From NCBI GenBank assembly GCA_944386805.1, contig CALXCO010000008.1, positions 2,649-66,648 on the forward strand: a stretch of 64,000 nucleotides of DNA, read 5' to 3'. Position numbers and translations under genes: made by a program. This document shows positions 61,130 to 64,000 of the stretch, in pieces. This DNA comes from an uncultured Clostridia bacterium (GTDB lineage Bacteria; Bacillota; Clostridia; Oscillospirales; Ruminococcaceae). Under the pieces are notes generated by a model that saw only the letters and a list, made by a program, of their open reading frames with translations, did not search any database and was not told where the DNA came from. How positions within the stretch are numbered: position 1 is the first letter of the stretch; each line of letters starts with the position of its first letter.

Positions 61130-62350
61130 TTATGCAGAATAGGTCTTTTCCGCCTGGAATGCAAATACATCGCTCTGCTGGTAACGGTTGCCCAGTTCGG
61201 ACGCTGTCCGGCAGAAATGGCTGTACCCGCCGCCTGCTTTCAGGTCAGAGGCGACGTCAAATATGTAGCTTTTGCCGTTGATTTTGACGGTGACCCAGCT
61301 GGAGGGTGTACCGGTGGTCAGCTTGGCATCCTGATAGATAATGCCCTCTGCGACCTGCGCATCCAGTCCGATTGCACGCAGCAGCGACGCCAGCCCGGCT
61401 GCAAAATGTTCCTCGGTGCCGCTGCCCGACAGCAGCAGCAGGCGTGCATTGTACTCCGGTCCGTCAAAATACAGGCTCATCAGCTCGTCCATCGACAGTC
61501 CCGATGTATCGATCACACTGTCGTCCGGTGTGCCGTATTTGAATTTCAGCAGTGCGTCATAAATCGCCTTGACCTTATCCCAGGTGCTCATCGACGAGGT
61601 CAGGTGACCGGCAATCCAGCTGGACACCGCCTGATTGAGCTTGCTGTCCGCCGTCGACCGAGGGGTCAGGGACACGCCGTCCAGCAGGCTGCGTACACTG
61701 GCCGGGTCAAATGCCGATGCAGATGCCGGCGGATTGCCCGAAGTCAGCACGCCATCCGAAGAAAAGGTATAGGATACCCCGCCAATCGTCCGGGAACCGG
61801 TCTGCATCACGCCGTCGCCATCCAGATAATACCAGCTGCCGCCATTTTGCAGCCAGCCGGTCTGCATCACGCCGTCGGCATCCATATAGTACCATTTGCC
61901 GCCGTTGCTGACCCATCCGGTCCGCATAACGCCGCCGCCGTTGAAGAAGTACCATTTCCCGCCTGTCTCCAGCCAGCCGGTCTTCATTACGCCGCCGCCA
62001 TTGAAATAATACCACTTGCCGTCGATTTCAGCCCATCCAGCCGCCATACGGCCGGATGCGTACAGATAATACCATTTGCCGTCGAGCTTCTGCCAGCCGG
62101 TCAGCATCTTTCCGCTCGCGTCCATATAGTACCAGTTGTCATCATACTCCTGCCAACCGGTCAGCATCTTCCCATACTGATCGTAATAATACCAGTTCCC
62201 GTCCCTTTCGATAAACCCCGCTGCCTGGGCATAACCACCGGTTCCGTCCGTCCACTGGGCGGCAAGTGCTGTCGCCGGGATTCCCATCATCCAAACTGCT
62301 GCAACAGCGCCGCTCAGCAATGCTGTCAGTATTCTGGTCCGCTTTCTCAT
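61130..62350 (-). CDS. Secreted cell-wall-binding repeat protein with a C-terminal transglutaminase-like-fold domain (catalytic Cys apparently replaced)
   Basis: Start moved to ATG 62350 (MRKRTRILTALLSG) after GGGAAAGGGAAAG. About eight GW..YY repeats. The C-terminal GTEEHFAAGLASLLRAIGLDAQV resembles the G.C..FA...LLRA.GIPAR core with Glu at the Cys position. Confidence 0.8.
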   Translation of the reverse strand: MRKRTRILTALLSGAVAAVWMMGIPATALAAQWTDGTGGYAQAAGFIERDGNWYYYDQYGKMLTGWQEYDDNWYYMDASGKMLTGWQKLDGKWYYLYASGRMAAGWAEIDGKWYYFNGGGVMKTGWLETGGKWYFFNGGGVMRTGWVSNGGKWYYMDADGVMQTGWLQNGGSWYYLDGDGVMQTGSRTIGGVSYTFSSDGVLTSGNPPASASAFDPASVRSLLDGVSLTPRSTADSKLNQAVSSWIAGHLTSSMSTWDKVKAIYDALLKFKYGTPDDSVIDTSGLSMDELMSLYFDGPEYNARLLLLSGSGTEEHFAAGLASLLRAIGLDAQVAEGIIYQDAKLTTGTPSSWVTVKINGKSYIFDVASDLKAGGGYSHFCRTASELGNRYQQSDVFAFQAEKTYSA

Positions 62351-62469
62351 ATTCTTTCCCTTTCCCGTCAAAAGCCGTTCCAAACGACATCTGTGTCTGT
62401 AAATTCCGGCAGCCTTCTCACGCAAAGGCCTCCCGTATATGCGCGGCAGAACACCCGCCGCGGCAGACA

Positions 62470-62505
62470 TGCAAAGCGGCCCACCCCATCCAGAGTGGGC
62501 CGCTT
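62470..62505 (-). terminator. Terminator after gpmI
   Basis: AAGCGGCCCAC-loop-GTGGGCCGCTT plus TTG on the minus strand. The U-tail is short. Confidence 0.6.
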
Positions 62506-62522
62506 CATCCATGACCAAAAAC

Positions 62523-64000
62523 TTATCGGATAATCAGGCTATGACCTGTCATTTCCTTGGGCTGTTCCAGACCGAGGATATCCAGCATCGTCGGAGCCAG
62601 GTCAGCCAGGCGGCCGCCTTCCTTCAGGCTCTTGCAGTCGTCACAGCCGACAACAATCAACGGAACCGGGTTGGTGGTATGTGCGGTAAACGGAGAACCG
62701 TCGGGTTCGCACATCTTTTCCGCATTGCCGTGGTCAGCCGTAATCAGCGCTGCGCCACCTTTTGCCAGAATCGCATCGATCGTCCGTCCAACACAGGTAT
62801 CGACTGCTTCAACAGCCTTGACGGCTGCGTCAAAAATGCCGGTATGACCGACCATGTCGCAGTTTGCCCAGTTGAGGATGATGGTATCGTACTTGTCCGA
62901 TTCAATTGCCTCGACAACCTTGTCGGTAACCTCGTAAGCGCTCATCTCAGGCTTGAGGTCGAAGGTCGGGACGTCGGGCGAATGCACCAGAATACGGTCT
63001 TCACCGGGGAAGGTCTTTTCCTCGCCGCCGTTAAAGAAGAAGGTAACATGCGCATATTTCTGGGTCTCAGCAATGCGCAGCTGGGTCATGCCCTTGGAAG
63101 CGATATATTCGCCATAGGTCATCGTCAGCGCTTCAGGCGGATATGCAACCTCTACGCCAGGCATCGTCGCGTCGTACTGTGCCATGCAGACGAAGTGTAC
63201 ATGGAAGAAGCCCTTCTTGCGCTCGAATCCCTTGAAATCCGGGTCAACATACGCACGGGTGATCTGACGGGCACGGTCAGGACGGAAGTTGAAGAAGATG
63301 ACCGAATCATTCTCGCCGATCATGCCGTCTTTGTTGACAACCGTCGGGAGCATAAATTCGTCGGTCACGCCGTTTTTATAGCTGTCCTCAATCGCTGCGA
63401 CCGGGCATTCAGCCTGAACGCCTTCGCCCATAACCATCGCGTCATATGCCTTTTCGACACGGTCCCAGGCGTTGTCACGGTCCATCGCGTAATAACGGCC
63501 GGAAATGGTCGCAACACTGCCGACGCCGATCTCTTTCATCTTTTCGACCAGCTCACGCATATACTCAGCTGCGGAGGACGGCGGAACGTCACGGCCGTCG
63601 AGGAAAGCATGAACATAAACCTTGGTCAGGCCGTAGTTCTTTGCCATCTGGAGCAGGCCATACAGGTGTTCCTGATGAGAGTGGACGCCGCCGGGAGAAA
63701 GCAGGCCCATCAGATGCAGAGCAGTCCCGTTGTCACGGGCATTCTCCATCGAATGAACCAGCGCGGGTTTCTTAAAGAAATCACCGTCGGCGATATCCTT
63801 GGTGATCTTGACCAGCATCTGGTAAACAATGCGGCCGGCGCCGATATTGGTATGGCCGACCTCAGAGTTGCCCATCTGTCCGTCCGGCAGGCCGACGTCC
63901 AGCCCGGATGCGCCGATCAACGTATGGGGGCAGGTGGCAAAAAGGCGGTCGAGGTTGGGGGTTTTCGCAGCTGCAATTGCATTGCCGTAATCGGAGGTAT
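62523..64000 (-). CDS. gpmI: 2,3-bisphosphoglycerate-independent phosphoglycerate mutase, 5' end outside window
   Basis: GQMGNSEVGHTNIGAGR and the metal-binding C-terminus ADHGNAE. The reading frame stays open upstream of the track's TTG (...NAIAAAKTPNLDRLFATCPHTLIGASG) up to the window edge. Confidence 0.93.
   Translation of the reverse strand, partial: TSDYGNAIAAAKTPNLDRLFATCPHTLIGASGLDVGLPDGQMGNSEVGHTNIGAGRIVYQMLVKITKDIADGDFFKKPALVHSMENARDNGTALHLMGLLSPGGVHSHQEHLYGLLQMAKNYGLTKVYVHAFLDGRDVPPSSAAEYMRELVEKMKEIGVGSVATISGRYYAMDRDNAWDRVEKAYDAMVMGEGVQAECPVAAIEDSYKNGVTDEFMLPTVVNKDGMIGENDSVIFFNFRPDRARQITRAYVDPDFKGFERKKGFFHVHFVCMAQYDATMPGVEVAYPPEALTMTYGEYIASKGMTQLRIAETQKYAHVTFFFNGGEEKTFPGEDRILVHSPDVPTFDLKPEMSAYEVTDKVVEAIESDKYDTIILNWANCDMVGHTGIFDAAVKAVEAVDTCVGRTIDAILAKGGAALITADHGNAEKMCEPDGSPFTAHTTNPVPLIVVGCDDCKSLKEGGRLADLAPTMLDILGLEQPKEMTGHSLIIR

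Noticed and set aside
1-64000. Mobile elements, prophage, defence islands and toxin-antitoxin pairs.
   Set aside because: I recognised no transposase, integrase, recombinase, phage structural gene, restriction-modification gene, cas gene or other known defence gene in any frame. The only composition outliers are two single genes (22205-22702, 38662-39222).

Overview
This is a gene-dense 64-kb chromosomal segment. It looks like a spore-forming Clostridia (Firmicutes) genome: it has a pro-sigma-K gene, GGAGG-type RBSs and three secreted proteins with cell-wall-binding GW/Y repeats. I call about 62 protein genes (roughly three quarters on the minus strand) and two tRNAs (Leu-UAA, Thr-GGU). I saw no rRNA, CRISPR array, transposase, integrase or phage genes.

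Content from left to right:
- A translationally coupled Mrp/Mbh-type cation-proton antiporter-like operon with four NuoL/M/N-like paralogs; it runs off the left edge.
- A nuclease-helicase (DinG/XPD-like) gene and a beta-CASP MBL nuclease gene.
- A small galactofuranose/glycan locus (PAP2-like, GT2, glf).
- An LbH-acetyltransferase-glmM-glmS operon.
- AIM24, a low-GC P-loop kinase, and gltX.
- A MATE pump, then mobA, a cytoplasmic bis-MGD-type molybdoenzyme and a four-subunit 2-oxoacid:ferredoxin oxidoreductase.
- TetR, a ROK-like gene, and sigK.
- Redox and detoxification genes (arsC, ADH, SDR, trxB, flavodoxin, MBL).
- Two tandem pairs of aconitase-family small/large subunits.
- A cell-wall deacetylase, followed by assorted housekeeping genes through to gpmI, which runs off the right edge.

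The least explained part is a 620-bp non-coding gap (45026-45644). It holds eight strong hairpins and repeated complementary motifs, appears to have its own terminator, and sits upstream of a separate promoter. I rate it a candidate large structured RNA of unassigned class.

Other items worth a second look:
- the atypical Mrp/Mbh-ordered cluster
- the molybdoenzyme/OFOR/MobA neighbourhood
- the duplicated LeuCD-like pairs
- a three-gene cluster encoding an 11-residue-repeat protein
- the PD-(D/E)xK-helicase fusion

All functional calls rest on motifs I recognise in the translations. No database search, folding program or composition statistic was run.
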